Source: an uncultured virus (IMG/VR IMGVR_UViG_3300042860_003432)
Lineage: Duplodnaviria > Heunggongvirae > Uroviricota > Caudoviricetes
Reading direction: 5' to 3' (one strand)
Length of the DNA: 20,000 nt
Virus record (IMG/VR): IMGVR_UViG_3300042860_003432
Of this stretch, positions 1-7,353 are shown piece after piece; position 1 is the stretch's first letter; each line of letters starts with the position of its first letter. Below the pieces are notes generated by a model. That model saw nothing but the letters and a program-made list of their open reading frames with translations, was not told where the DNA came from and made no database searches. The translations under genes were made by a program, and so were the position numbers.

Positions 1-208
1 GTTCTGATTTTTTCATAGTGTTTTCTTTGAGGTTAATTCTTCTGGCATAATCTTCTGCCGCTTTTGTTGATGCATCTATTATGTTCTTGATATATTGTTC
101 TCTCTTTTTTGGATCACGTTCTTTCAAGAATATATCATCATACGCAAGATCGGTCAAACTAGCTTCTAGTTGACCTATCTTAAAAAGATATTTTGGTGAA
201 TTGTCCAT
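1..208 (-). CDS. Hypothetical protein, 5' part only (runs off the window); candidate head-internal protein
   Basis: Not in the ORF track. My translation from the ATG at 208, just after the stop of 210..2000, is MDNSPKYLFKIGQLEASLTDLAYDDIFLKERDPKKREQYIKNIIDASTKAAEDYARRINLKENTMKKSE..., open to the window edge. Confidence 0.8.
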   Translation of the reverse strand, partial: MDNSPKYLFKIGQLEASLTDLAYDDIFLKERDPKKREQYIKNIIDASTKAAEDYARRINLKENTMKKSE

Positions 209-209
209 A

Positions 210-2000
210 TTACCACTTTCTGCAACTCCAGTAACGTGCTTTTGTACGTGGTCCTGGATTAGCGCAATTATGACGTGCTCTAAAACTTTTCCTTCTCTTT
301 GGATTACTCTTCTTGATACGCATCTTTTTATCGCCGAAGTTTACCTTCTTTACTTTACCGGTTGTTGGATTACGAACAAAAACTTTGAACTTTTTTACAT
401 CGCCCCTCATTGGTTTTCCAAGTTTTACCTTGCGACCACGATATTCTGCTTCTGTCAAGTTTTCTTTAGCATCGGCGTTAATATCTCCATAAATCTCATA
501 AAACTCATCGCCTTCGCAAGTATGCTCTTCACCTTCTGGAACCATTTCCCAGTTGGTCTTGCGATAGCATTCTTCATAAGCCTCGTTGGTACCTTCTTCC
601 ATGGCAGCTTCATAACATTCCCAACATTCATCTTGCATCTGGTTCTGTTCGTTATACATCTCTTCTACCATTTCTCTGATTATATTCTTCAGTTGTTCTT
701 CTTTCATAAGGGTTTCCTCGTTCTTTTTTCTGCCTTGGCAATGTGCTTTTTGACTGAATCCTTTTGGATGACTACAATCAATGCTACGCTTGTATTTTTT
801 GCTCCATTTTTCATCAAGTTCTTCAACGCCTTCTGATTTGTTGCCCCAGTTCTTTACTCCTTTTTTACGGCATTTTACTAATGCACCAGAAGCATATGCA
901 CTTGGCCACACTTTATAGCGCGATTTAACTTTATAATAACAAGCATCTTTCTTTTCGTTCATCAATAGTTCTGACACAAGTTCTCCACCACAAATAGGGC
1001 ACATATGATTTTCATTTACATTATCCATAGTAAATTCCTCTGTTTCTGCTATATTTTGTTTTTCTAAATGGTTTTTAACTTTCATCAACTCTGATTGATT
1101 TAAATCGTCCAAGTGTTCTTTACCCGTCAACTCTTTTGTAAGTTCAAGAAAGCTTGGCTCGTTGTCCCACTCAATACCTAAGTCGTCTGCAAGTTTATGT
1201 ATGGTTTCTGGTGTTATATATTCGCTCAATTCTTTTTTCAACGATTGCAACAAAGCACGAGCTACAACACGATCCTTTTCTTTTTCGGCATCGCTTAGTT
1301 GGTTGTAGTCAATATTCATCAATTTTTTTCTTTGTTGTATCTTACTATCCAGTTTACCAGACTGGCGTAGTTTTTCAGTATCATCAAATTGATCCGGATT
1401 TTCAACAAACTTTTTTGCTGTAACATTCCATCCTTTGTGAATAGCATTCGCAATTTTTTCAATATCAGTAACGCCCATATCAATTACTTCTTTAGCATAT
1501 ATTGCAGACATTATATTAGCCTGCCAACCAAAAGTATTACCCGGCGTGCTGCGACCATATCCATATGCTTGATCCAGTGCTTGATCGCTAATGGTTGCCA
1601 GTTGTTCAATAGAGAAATTGGAAGATTCTGTTATAGATTCCTCTGTTTTCTTTTTACAACTACCTGGTGCACCAGCAGGCACACCACGTACTCGTGAGTA
1701 TCCCTTCCAGCACTTTAGTTCATCCATCTTATCAGCCTCGGTTTTTACATTTTTTGCTTTGCCGCTACGATCTGGATTTGGGTCTTCACGTCTCTTTCTG
1801 CGTGCAGCAGTTGCTCTACCTTTCTTTCCCATCGCTTGTGCAGACTTTAGTGGACGACATTTTGGCTTACCTTCGCTTGATTTTTCTCTGGCACATTGAC
1901 CACGTATCTTACCATCTGGTCCGAATCTTACCCATTTCTCCTTGAACCATTTGTGAAGATTTTCTTCAAGTTCAATAAGCTGTTTCTCAATGTTATCCAT
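210..2000 (-). CDS. Modular 596-aa phage protein: short basic Cys/Trp-containing modules (DUF5872-like, C-terminal DUF6321-like) and a RyR-repeat-like segment, joined by acidic linkers
   Basis: Long ORF co-oriented with its neighbours. Modules include LHKWFKEKWV..KPKCRP, KCWKGY..GSCKK, DACYYKVKSRYKVWPSAYASGALVKCRKKG, KWSKKYKRSIDCSHPKGFSQKAHC and VNFGD..RRKSFRARHNC..ARYWSC. DUF names are from recall and unverified. Confidence 0.8.
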   Translation of the reverse strand: MDNIEKQLIELEENLHKWFKEKWVRFGPDGKIRGQCAREKSSEGKPKCRPLKSAQAMGKKGRATAARRKRREDPNPDRSGKAKNVKTEADKMDELKCWKGYSRVRGVPAGAPGSCKKKTEESITESSNFSIEQLATISDQALDQAYGYGRSTPGNTFGWQANIMSAIYAKEVIDMGVTDIEKIANAIHKGWNVTAKKFVENPDQFDDTEKLRQSGKLDSKIQQRKKLMNIDYNQLSDAEKEKDRVVARALLQSLKKELSEYITPETIHKLADDLGIEWDNEPSFLELTKELTGKEHLDDLNQSELMKVKNHLEKQNIAETEEFTMDNVNENHMCPICGGELVSELLMNEKKDACYYKVKSRYKVWPSAYASGALVKCRKKGVKNWGNKSEGVEELDEKWSKKYKRSIDCSHPKGFSQKAHCQGRKKNEETLMKEEQLKNIIREMVEEMYNEQNQMQDECWECYEAAMEEGTNEAYEECYRKTNWEMVPEGEEHTCEGDEFYEIYGDINADAKENLTEAEYRGRKVKLGKPMRGDVKKFKVFVRNPTTGKVKKVNFGDKKMRIKKSNPKRRKSFRARHNCANPGPRTKARYWSCRKW

Positions 2001-2006
2001 AATACA

Positions 2007-2570
2007 TCAAGCTCTGTCTTGTATTGCCTGTTGCTTGCGAATATTATCAGACTGCTGCTTTTGCAGCTTTGCTTTCATGCGCTCCGCTCTTTGCATTTTT
2101 GGCTGGATGGTTTGTTGTAGCTTGGCTACATCGCCTTCTATTTTTTTAATATTAGCAGTTAGTTTGTCACTCTGAGCTTTTAGATTCGCTAGTTCTTTTT
2201 TATCCGCGTCAGTCAATCCAGTTTCAGCAGCAGATGAATCGAGTGTGGTATCAAGTTCATTAAGATCTTTTTCGTATATTTCGTTCATCATATTGACTGC
2301 GAGATTGAATACACTACTTTGCTTCATAAAGTATACCGCCGCATTCCAGTCTTCGGCTTTAATTCTCTTCTTCAACTCGTCGGCGTATCCGTCAAGTTTT
2401 TTTTGCCAATAACTTTTTGGCATATTACCATAACCTATTAACTGAAGGTGCGGATCGTTGGTGTCTTTTCCGGAAATAATATATCCATACTTTGACGCAT
2501 CACCGTTGGTTTCCGCCAGTTTATGAGCAACCACATTTTGAATTACTTCTTTGAGTGTAGACTTATTCAT
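2007..2570 (-). CDS. Hypothetical protein with shared N-terminal leader and C-terminal coiled coil
   Basis: 187-aa ORF whose ATG overlaps the upstream stop (TAATG). Starts MNKSTLKEVIQ and ends in a heptad-like K/Q/L-rich tail. Confidence 0.8.
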   Translation of the reverse strand: MNKSTLKEVIQNVVAHKLAETNGDASKYGYIISGKDTNDPHLQLIGYGNMPKSYWQKKLDGYADELKKRIKAEDWNAAVYFMKQSSVFNLAVNMMNEIYEKDLNELDTTLDSSAAETGLTDADKKELANLKAQSDKLTANIKKIEGDVAKLQQTIQPKMQRAERMKAKLQKQQSDNIRKQQAIQDRA

Positions 2571-2941
2571 TATTTTCCGTGCATTTTTAAGATTTCTTCG
2601 GCAGCAGCTTTTGCTTTCTTGGCCAGTTCAACTTCACGTTTTTCTTCTGGATTATTCATATCAGTTTCATCGTGATCTTTACCTTCAAATACTTTCCACA
2701 TTTCATTTATCTTTTTATTACCATCTTTCTTGGCATAAAAAATCTTCCACATAGTAGCATATGCTTTACCTTCATCGTCCTTATACTGTTTCAGCAGTTT
2801 GTCGTGAAGTTTCTTTGGAAAATCCGGTGGAGCTTTTTCATCTAGTCTCCATTCTTGTGCTACACCAAGTGGAGCAAAATCATCTTTCATGACTTCTTCA
2901 ACTACTTCACGTATAATTTTTTTAAGTTCTGATTTATTCAT
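2570..2941 (-). CDS. Hypothetical charged protein with shared N-terminal leader
   Basis: 123-aa ORF tightly packed in the operon. Starts MNKSELKKIIREVVEE and contains a KAPP..KAYATMWK module. Confidence 0.8.
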   Translation of the reverse strand: MNKSELKKIIREVVEEVMKDDFAPLGVAQEWRLDEKAPPDFPKKLHDKLLKQYKDDEGKAYATMWKIFYAKKDGNKKINEMWKVFEGKDHDETDMNNPEEKREVELAKKAKAAAEEILKMHGK

Positions 2942-2945
2942 AATA

Positions 2946-3176
2946 TTAATCCTGTTTAGTTGGTTTTATGTTAAACTCTTGTTGTAGCGTTTTTAGTATT
3001 TTTTCACGCATATCTTCCGTTTCATCCATATCAGAACCAGACACAGTTATATTAATATACAATGTTGGATTAGTTTCTGTTGGTGAAGTTATATATGACG
3101 CAGCAGTGCGAGTGTTCTTGGCTTTTGCCTTTTTAACAGCCTCAACTATTATTTTTCTTAGTTCTGCTTTAGTCAT
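2946..3176 (-). CDS. Hypothetical small protein with shared N-terminal leader
   Basis: 76-aa ORF starting MTKAELRKIIVEAV, preceded by the TATTTATA motif. Confidence 0.75.
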   Translation of the reverse strand: MTKAELRKIIVEAVKKAKAKNTRTAASYITSPTETNPTLYINITVSGSDMDETEDMREKILKTLQQEFNIKPTKQD

Positions 3177-3192
3177 TATTTTTTTAGGTATA

Positions 3193-3200
3193 TATAAATA
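3193..3200 (-). promoter_or_regulatory. Candidate phage late promoter motif TATTTATA
   Basis: Lies 16 nt upstream of the ATG at 3176; the same motif recurs upstream of several other minus-strand genes. Confidence 0.55.
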
Positions 3201-3257
3201 TAAACTATACTATAAAAAAGTATGATATAGTTGTGTTTCACTCAGGTGATAACCGGG

Positions 3258-3286
3258 GTTATAGGGGGTAGACAGAAACTTGTCAA
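3258..3286 (-). promoter_or_regulatory. Sigma70-like promoter TTGACA-N17-TATAAC
   Basis: Minus strand reads TTGACA agtttctgtctaccccc TATAAC: a perfect -35, 17-nt spacer and 5/6 -10, immediately downstream of the tail-tube terminator. Confidence 0.6.
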
Positions 3287-3294
3287 GATAAAAT

Positions 3295-3324
3295 AAAAAA
3301 CCCCCACTTTTTATGGTGAGGGTT
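3295..3324 (-). terminator. Intrinsic terminator after the tail tube gene
   Basis: Minus strand AACCCTCAC-cataaaaa-GTGGGGGTT forms a 9-bp stem with one G-U pair and runs into a U tract, about 25 nt after the stop. Confidence 0.75.
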
Positions 3325-3348
3325 CTGTATAAGAACACTATAATAATA

Positions 3349-3837
3349 TTAGAACTGTAGGATGCAGTAATCCATCGTCAGTGTAACTTCGATTGTCATT
3401 GCTTCGGCATTTGCCCAGTCCATGCTTTGGAAATTTACCGAGCTAGGAAATGCACCTTTCAAGTCCCACTTCTCAACAATGTCGCCAACAGGACCAAGAA
3501 CTTGAATCTGGACATCCTTCTTGTACATATCAGCATATCCGTTACGACCAGTAACAGATTCGTGAGCAAGGCGAACCCATTCCATCACAGCCTGTGCGCC
3601 AGATGGCACGATTGGATCATATAATGTAATAGAAAGATCTTGCCATTCACTCTTTCCTTTGAGTTTACGTTTCAAATTGATATGATCTAGAGTAATTGAA
3701 TTGTTCTGTATGCTTGGACGACCTGTAGCTTTGATTAGGTATGCAGGAATGCCGTCGATGTTCATAATGAAACGGTTTTGTACCTTGGGCTCGAAGGCCG
3801 TAAAGAATATTTGATTTTGATCTAGTAGCTCTGCCAT
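3349..3837 (-). CDS. Tail tube protein (T4 gp19-like)
   Basis: 162 aa with FEPKVQNRF, W.DLSITLYDPI..AQAVMEW, YKKD and VEKWDLKGAFP motifs typical of T4-like tube proteins; a sheath gene lies upstream. Confidence 0.9.
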   Translation of the reverse strand: MAELLDQNQIFFTAFEPKVQNRFIMNIDGIPAYLIKATGRPSIQNNSITLDHINLKRKLKGKSEWQDLSITLYDPIVPSGAQAVMEWVRLAHESVTGRNGYADMYKKDVQIQVLGPVGDIVEKWDLKGAFPSSVNFQSMDWANAEAMTIEVTLTMDYCILQF

Positions 3838-3916
3838 AGTATTATCTTTCTGTTAATTGTTTATACAGGGTGTTTATCACGTATAATAAATAATAACAAT
3901 AAACAGTATTTTTTAT

Positions 3917-3945
3917 TTGACGCTAAATATATATAATCATAAACT
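3917..3945 (+). promoter_or_regulatory. Sigma70-like promoter TTGACG-N17-TAAACT for the divergent endonuclease gene
   Basis: TTGACG at 3917-3922 and TAAACT at 3940-3945, 21 nt upstream of the ATG at 3967. The AT-rich context makes a chance match possible. Confidence 0.45.
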
Positions 3946-3966
3946 GCTTTTAAACCGAAGAATACT

Positions 3967-5496
3967 ATGGCCAGACCCAAGAAAAACCCAGACTTTGTAG
4001 AGCTAAAATGTAAAACTTGCAATACAGATTTCAGAGTGAAATGGCAGAAACGAAACAAGCAGAAGTATTGCTGTAAATCTTGTTCTAACAAAGACCCAGA
4101 AGTGTTAGCAAAAATGCGAGCGTCGCAGGTAGAAACCTCACTAAAAAAGTACGGCACGGATCATCCTATGAAGACTTCTGAAGTTGTAAATAATTTCAAG
4201 AACTCTATGATGACCAAATATGGTGTAGAACACGCATTGCAATCAAAAGCTATACTTGATAAAGCCAAATATACCAATGTACAAAACTATGGTGTAGAAA
4301 ATGTATTGTCGTCAAAAAGTCCTGTAAGACAGCGGATAATGGAAACTTGGATTGAAAAGTACGGTGTGGACAATCCCGGCAAATCTAGAGATGTTATACA
4401 AAAACGAAGTAAACTCAAACAAGAGAACCATTATGAAAAACTAAAAACTCTGTTTAATTCGCAAAATGTAAAGTGGTTATGCAAACAAGAGGACTATGCG
4501 GGCTATCATTTCTCGCATAGATACAAGTTTAATTGTAAAAAATGTAATAATGGATTCGAGTCTACAGTATATGTGCCAACAGATGTGTTCTGTGAACTAT
4601 GCCATCCTGAAAAGAAAGAAACCGCAGAAACTGGTTTGCAAGAGTTCTTGGTGTCTGAAGTAAAGGGTAAAACTATACTACGAAATAATAGAGTTGTGTT
4701 GGATGGCAAGGAGCTTGATTTTTACATCCCCGATCTTTCGTTCGCTATAGAATATAACGGGTTGTATTGGCACAGAGCCAGCCATCCCAGAATGTCAAAA
4801 AACTATCATCTGGAAAAGACTGAGAAGTGTGCCGAGAAAAATATACACCTCATTCATATACTTGAAAGCGAATGGAAGCATAAGCAGAATATTGTAAAGT
4901 CAATCATACGTCAGTATGTTGGCGGGCACGTTGCCAAGATCCACGGACGAGAATGCGAAATACGAAAAGTAGACACCAAAGAAAAGAATGAGTTCTTGAA
5001 CAAGTGTCATATGCAAGGTGAGGACAAATCATCTGTCGCATATGGCTTATACTATAAAAACTCCTTGGTCAGCATAATGACGTTTTGTAGAAGTAGATTT
5101 GACCGAAAAGTTGAATGGGAAATATCAAGGTTCTGCAATGCGTTGAATACTCGTGTGCACGGTGGAGCAACAAAGTTGTTTAGTATATTCCTATTGGATT
5201 ATAAGCCAAAGAGCGTAGTAAGCTACTCTGACCGCAGATTGTTCTCTGGAGACTTGTATTCTAAGCTAGGAATGACCTTTGAAGGAAATACAGCACAAGG
5301 TTATCATTATGTATCTCCCGACTTTAGTACAGTATTCAACCGACAGATGTTCCAAAAATCTAAACTGGCAAAAAAGTTAAAAACATTTGATCCCAACTTA
5401 TCTGAATGGGAAAATATGAAACTGAACGGATTTGACCGTATATGGGATTGCGGTCATACAAAATGGATATGGAGAAGCTCTACAACTTCTCAATAA
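3967..5496 (+). CDS. Putative free-standing homing endonuclease, Hef-like (Zn ribbons + KYG repeats + Vsr/PD-(D/E)XK domain + C-terminal GNAT/Mom-like domain)
   Basis: Contains CKTC..YCCKSC and CKKC..CELC, four [K/N]YG repeats, the ELDFYIPDLSFAIEYNGLYWH nuclease motif and EISRFC..GGATKL..SYSDRR..GDLYSKLG. It is the only credible plus-strand gene. Confidence 0.75.
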   Translation: MARPKKNPDFVELKCKTCNTDFRVKWQKRNKQKYCCKSCSNKDPEVLAKMRASQVETSLKKYGTDHPMKTSEVVNNFKNSMMTKYGVEHALQSKAILDKAKYTNVQNYGVENVLSSKSPVRQRIMETWIEKYGVDNPGKSRDVIQKRSKLKQENHYEKLKTLFNSQNVKWLCKQEDYAGYHFSHRYKFNCKKCNNGFESTVYVPTDVFCELCHPEKKETAETGLQEFLVSEVKGKTILRNNRVVLDGKELDFYIPDLSFAIEYNGLYWHRASHPRMSKNYHLEKTEKCAEKNIHLIHILESEWKHKQNIVKSIIRQYVGGHVAKIHGRECEIRKVDTKEKNEFLNKCHMQGEDKSSVAYGLYYKNSLVSIMTFCRSRFDRKVEWEISRFCNALNTRVHGGATKLFSIFLLDYKPKSVVSYSDRRLFSGDLYSKLGMTFEGNTAQGYHYVSPDFSTVFNRQMFQKSKLAKKLKTFDPNLSEWENMKLNGFDRIWDCGHTKWIWRSSTTSQ

Positions 5497-6169
5497 AAAC
5501 TTCCAGATGATCTTTGGATATTCCCACATAAGGATTTTTGTTGGACTTCGGTAGTCCTTTGTTGGAATTGTATTCGCACTGTGTCCTGCGACCAGCGTGC
5601 ATGTTTTTTTGTAATGCTTTTGCGTATTCGTCAAATGGCGAAAGAGTCCAACCACCTTTCTGCTTCAGTGCACCAGAAGGTCCGAGATAGCAGGTCAAAT
5701 GATGCCAGATATTTCCTTTGTACTCAAAGATTCTGGGCGAAGGCTTTTGAGCCAACACCCACTTGGGCTTATCTCCGTGATTTGTTTCCCAATCAATACA
5801 ATGTGCCTCCAACTTAGCATCATATTCGGGGTCTTCATATTCAGGATGTTTCTTATGATGAAAATACCATTCTTTGGTGGGAATGCTCCAATACTTTCCT
5901 GTGCTGGAAAAGTATTCATGATCAGGATGATTTTCGTCAATGATATTACCCTTGGCGTCTTTTAAGTAAATGAACTTGGTGCCTATTGACCAAGGATAGT
6001 TTGTCCATAATCCACCGCTGAGAAGAAAGAACTCATAATACGGCCAAAGAAACGCATAAAAGCCACGCTTGGCGGGAGGAGAATGATAGCCATCACAGTT
6101 CGAATCATATCCCTTTTGATTGACTGAACTAAGCCCACCAAACCGGGCAAACTTGATATTCTTTAGCAT
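5480..6169 (-). CDS. Hypothetical protein (229 aa, aromatic-rich)
   Basis: Long ORF with its own promoter-like sequence; its 3' end overlaps the convergent endonuclease gene by 17 nt. No family recognised. Confidence 0.7.
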   Translation of the reverse strand: MLKNIKFARFGGLSSVNQKGYDSNCDGYHSPPAKRGFYAFLWPYYEFFLLSGGLWTNYPWSIGTKFIYLKDAKGNIIDENHPDHEYFSSTGKYWSIPTKEWYFHHKKHPEYEDPEYDAKLEAHCIDWETNHGDKPKWVLAQKPSPRIFEYKGNIWHHLTCYLGPSGALKQKGGWTLSPFDEYAKALQKNMHAGRRTQCEYNSNKGLPKSNKNPYVGISKDHLEVFIEKL

Positions 6170-6175
6170 ACCGAC

Positions 6176-6203
6176 ATATTATCACGCCGATATATTATGT
6201 CAA
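6176..6203 (-). promoter_or_regulatory. Sigma70-like promoter TTGACA-N16-TAATAT, possibly giving a leaderless mRNA
   Basis: Minus strand TTGACA taatatatcggcgtga TAATAT gtcggt ATG; the start codon is only 6 nt after the -10. Confidence 0.45.
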
Positions 6204-7108
6204 GATGTTTTTATTTGTTGTTTTCTAAGCTTTGAAAATGCCCTTGCGATGTCTATATGCACATCGTCCGAATACTTCTTGTATTTTAATGATATCTTTT
6301 TGATATATGGTTCAATATCTGGATATACTTTTAACGCTTTTGCAATCGCATATATATCATCTGCCGCGTCTTGAACATCCTTCTCATAATAACTATTGTT
6401 CATGGCGATTTCATCGACACTCATCTTATCGTCGTAAATCGCCGATATAGTGTCTTTTAGTTTATCTAACTTACCTTTTGCTCTTAGTATCTTAAATACA
6501 ATATTTTCTTCACTTAGTTCGCCGCCCTTGTCTAATCCTGCTTGACGAAACTTGTATATCTTGTCAAGTAAATCTTTTAGCGGCTTTTCGCTGTCTGCAT
6601 CCATCAAGTCGTCTATCTTCTTTGAGTACTCTTTATACTTCTTTTTTATAAGTGACTTGTTGAAGTTTGGACTTTCTTTCTTTGGTTCTTTTATCCATTC
6701 GTTTCGTAGAACACTATACTTTGATGCAGATACCTGTTCTGCCCCTATATCTTCAACATATAACTCAACATCAAAGTTTTTCATCACAATGTCGTGCTTG
6801 CTATTCCAACCAGTTTTAATCGCATCAAACATCGCCTGTGCGTCTTCTTTGCTCATATCAAGTTTGGAAAAATCAGTTGATATATGTAGATCAATATCTG
6901 AATATGGCGTCCAGTTATAATTGGTAATAGAACCAATAAGAAGTATGTCTTCTGTCTTGATGTTTATATCTTGGTTCTTTTTTAAGTCCTGCACAAAATC
7001 CATCGCGATCTTGATGAGCGATTTTCTTACTTCGTCATCAAGTCTCGCACCATCTTCATTGATGTTCCATATAGGAGCAAGTTTGTCGTTGTATAAAGGA
7101 TAATTCAT
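6200..7108 (-). CDS. Pol-beta-superfamily nucleotidyltransferase
   Basis: LLIGSITNYNWTPYSDIDLHI fits hG[S]x9-13[DE]h[DE], with downstream DVELYVED. Start revised from 7141 to 7108 (MNYPLY), which gives an ATGA overlap with the upstream stop. Confidence 0.8.
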   Translation of the reverse strand: MNYPLYNDKLAPIWNINEDGARLDDEVRKSLIKIAMDFVQDLKKNQDINIKTEDILLIGSITNYNWTPYSDIDLHISTDFSKLDMSKEDAQAMFDAIKTGWNSKHDIVMKNFDVELYVEDIGAEQVSASKYSVLRNEWIKEPKKESPNFNKSLIKKKYKEYSKKIDDLMDADSEKPLKDLLDKIYKFRQAGLDKGGELSEENIVFKILRAKGKLDKLKDTISAIYDDKMSVDEIAMNNSYYEKDVQDAADDIYAIAKALKVYPDIEPYIKKISLKYKKYSDDVHIDIARAFSKLRKQQIKTS

Positions 7109-7353
7109 CTTCCACCTCGTCTGTTTGCTACATCCATCCATTTGATTACTTCATTGCGAACAACTTCTGCTATATCTTCTGAATACTGAGATATAGGAGT
7201 ATCTGCTGCTGTAAGGTCTTTATGTTGATGTGCTACAATATTGTTTTTTATTAATACGTCTGCAAAAGCCTTGCACGCCTTTTCAAGCATAACCATGTCG
7301 GATACATGAAATTGTTCTTTTAGCAGCAAAGATTTTAGCGAAACGTGATTCAT
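7105..7353 (-). CDS. Hypothetical small protein
   Basis: 82 aa, ATGA-coupled on both sides; starts MNHVSLKSLLLKE. Confidence 0.75.
   Translation of the reverse strand: MNHVSLKSLLLKEQFHVSDMVMLEKACKAFADVLIKNNIVAHQHKDLTAADTPISQYSEDIAEVVRNEVIKWMDVANRRGGR

Noticed and set aside
152..175. Hairpin GGTCAAACTAG-ctt-CTAGTTGACC
   Set aside because: It lies inside a CDS, has a bulge, has no U tract and is a single copy; probably chance.
201..836. 211-aa hydrophobic plus-strand ORF resembling a membrane protein
   Set aside because: It is antisense to the Lys/Glu-rich 596-aa gene; the Phe/Leu richness is the expected complement of AAA/GAA codons.
3861..4157. 98-aa minus-strand ORF and the other short ORFs overlapping long genes
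   Set aside because: They overlap well-supported genes on the opposite strand or in another frame and show no recognisable motifs.
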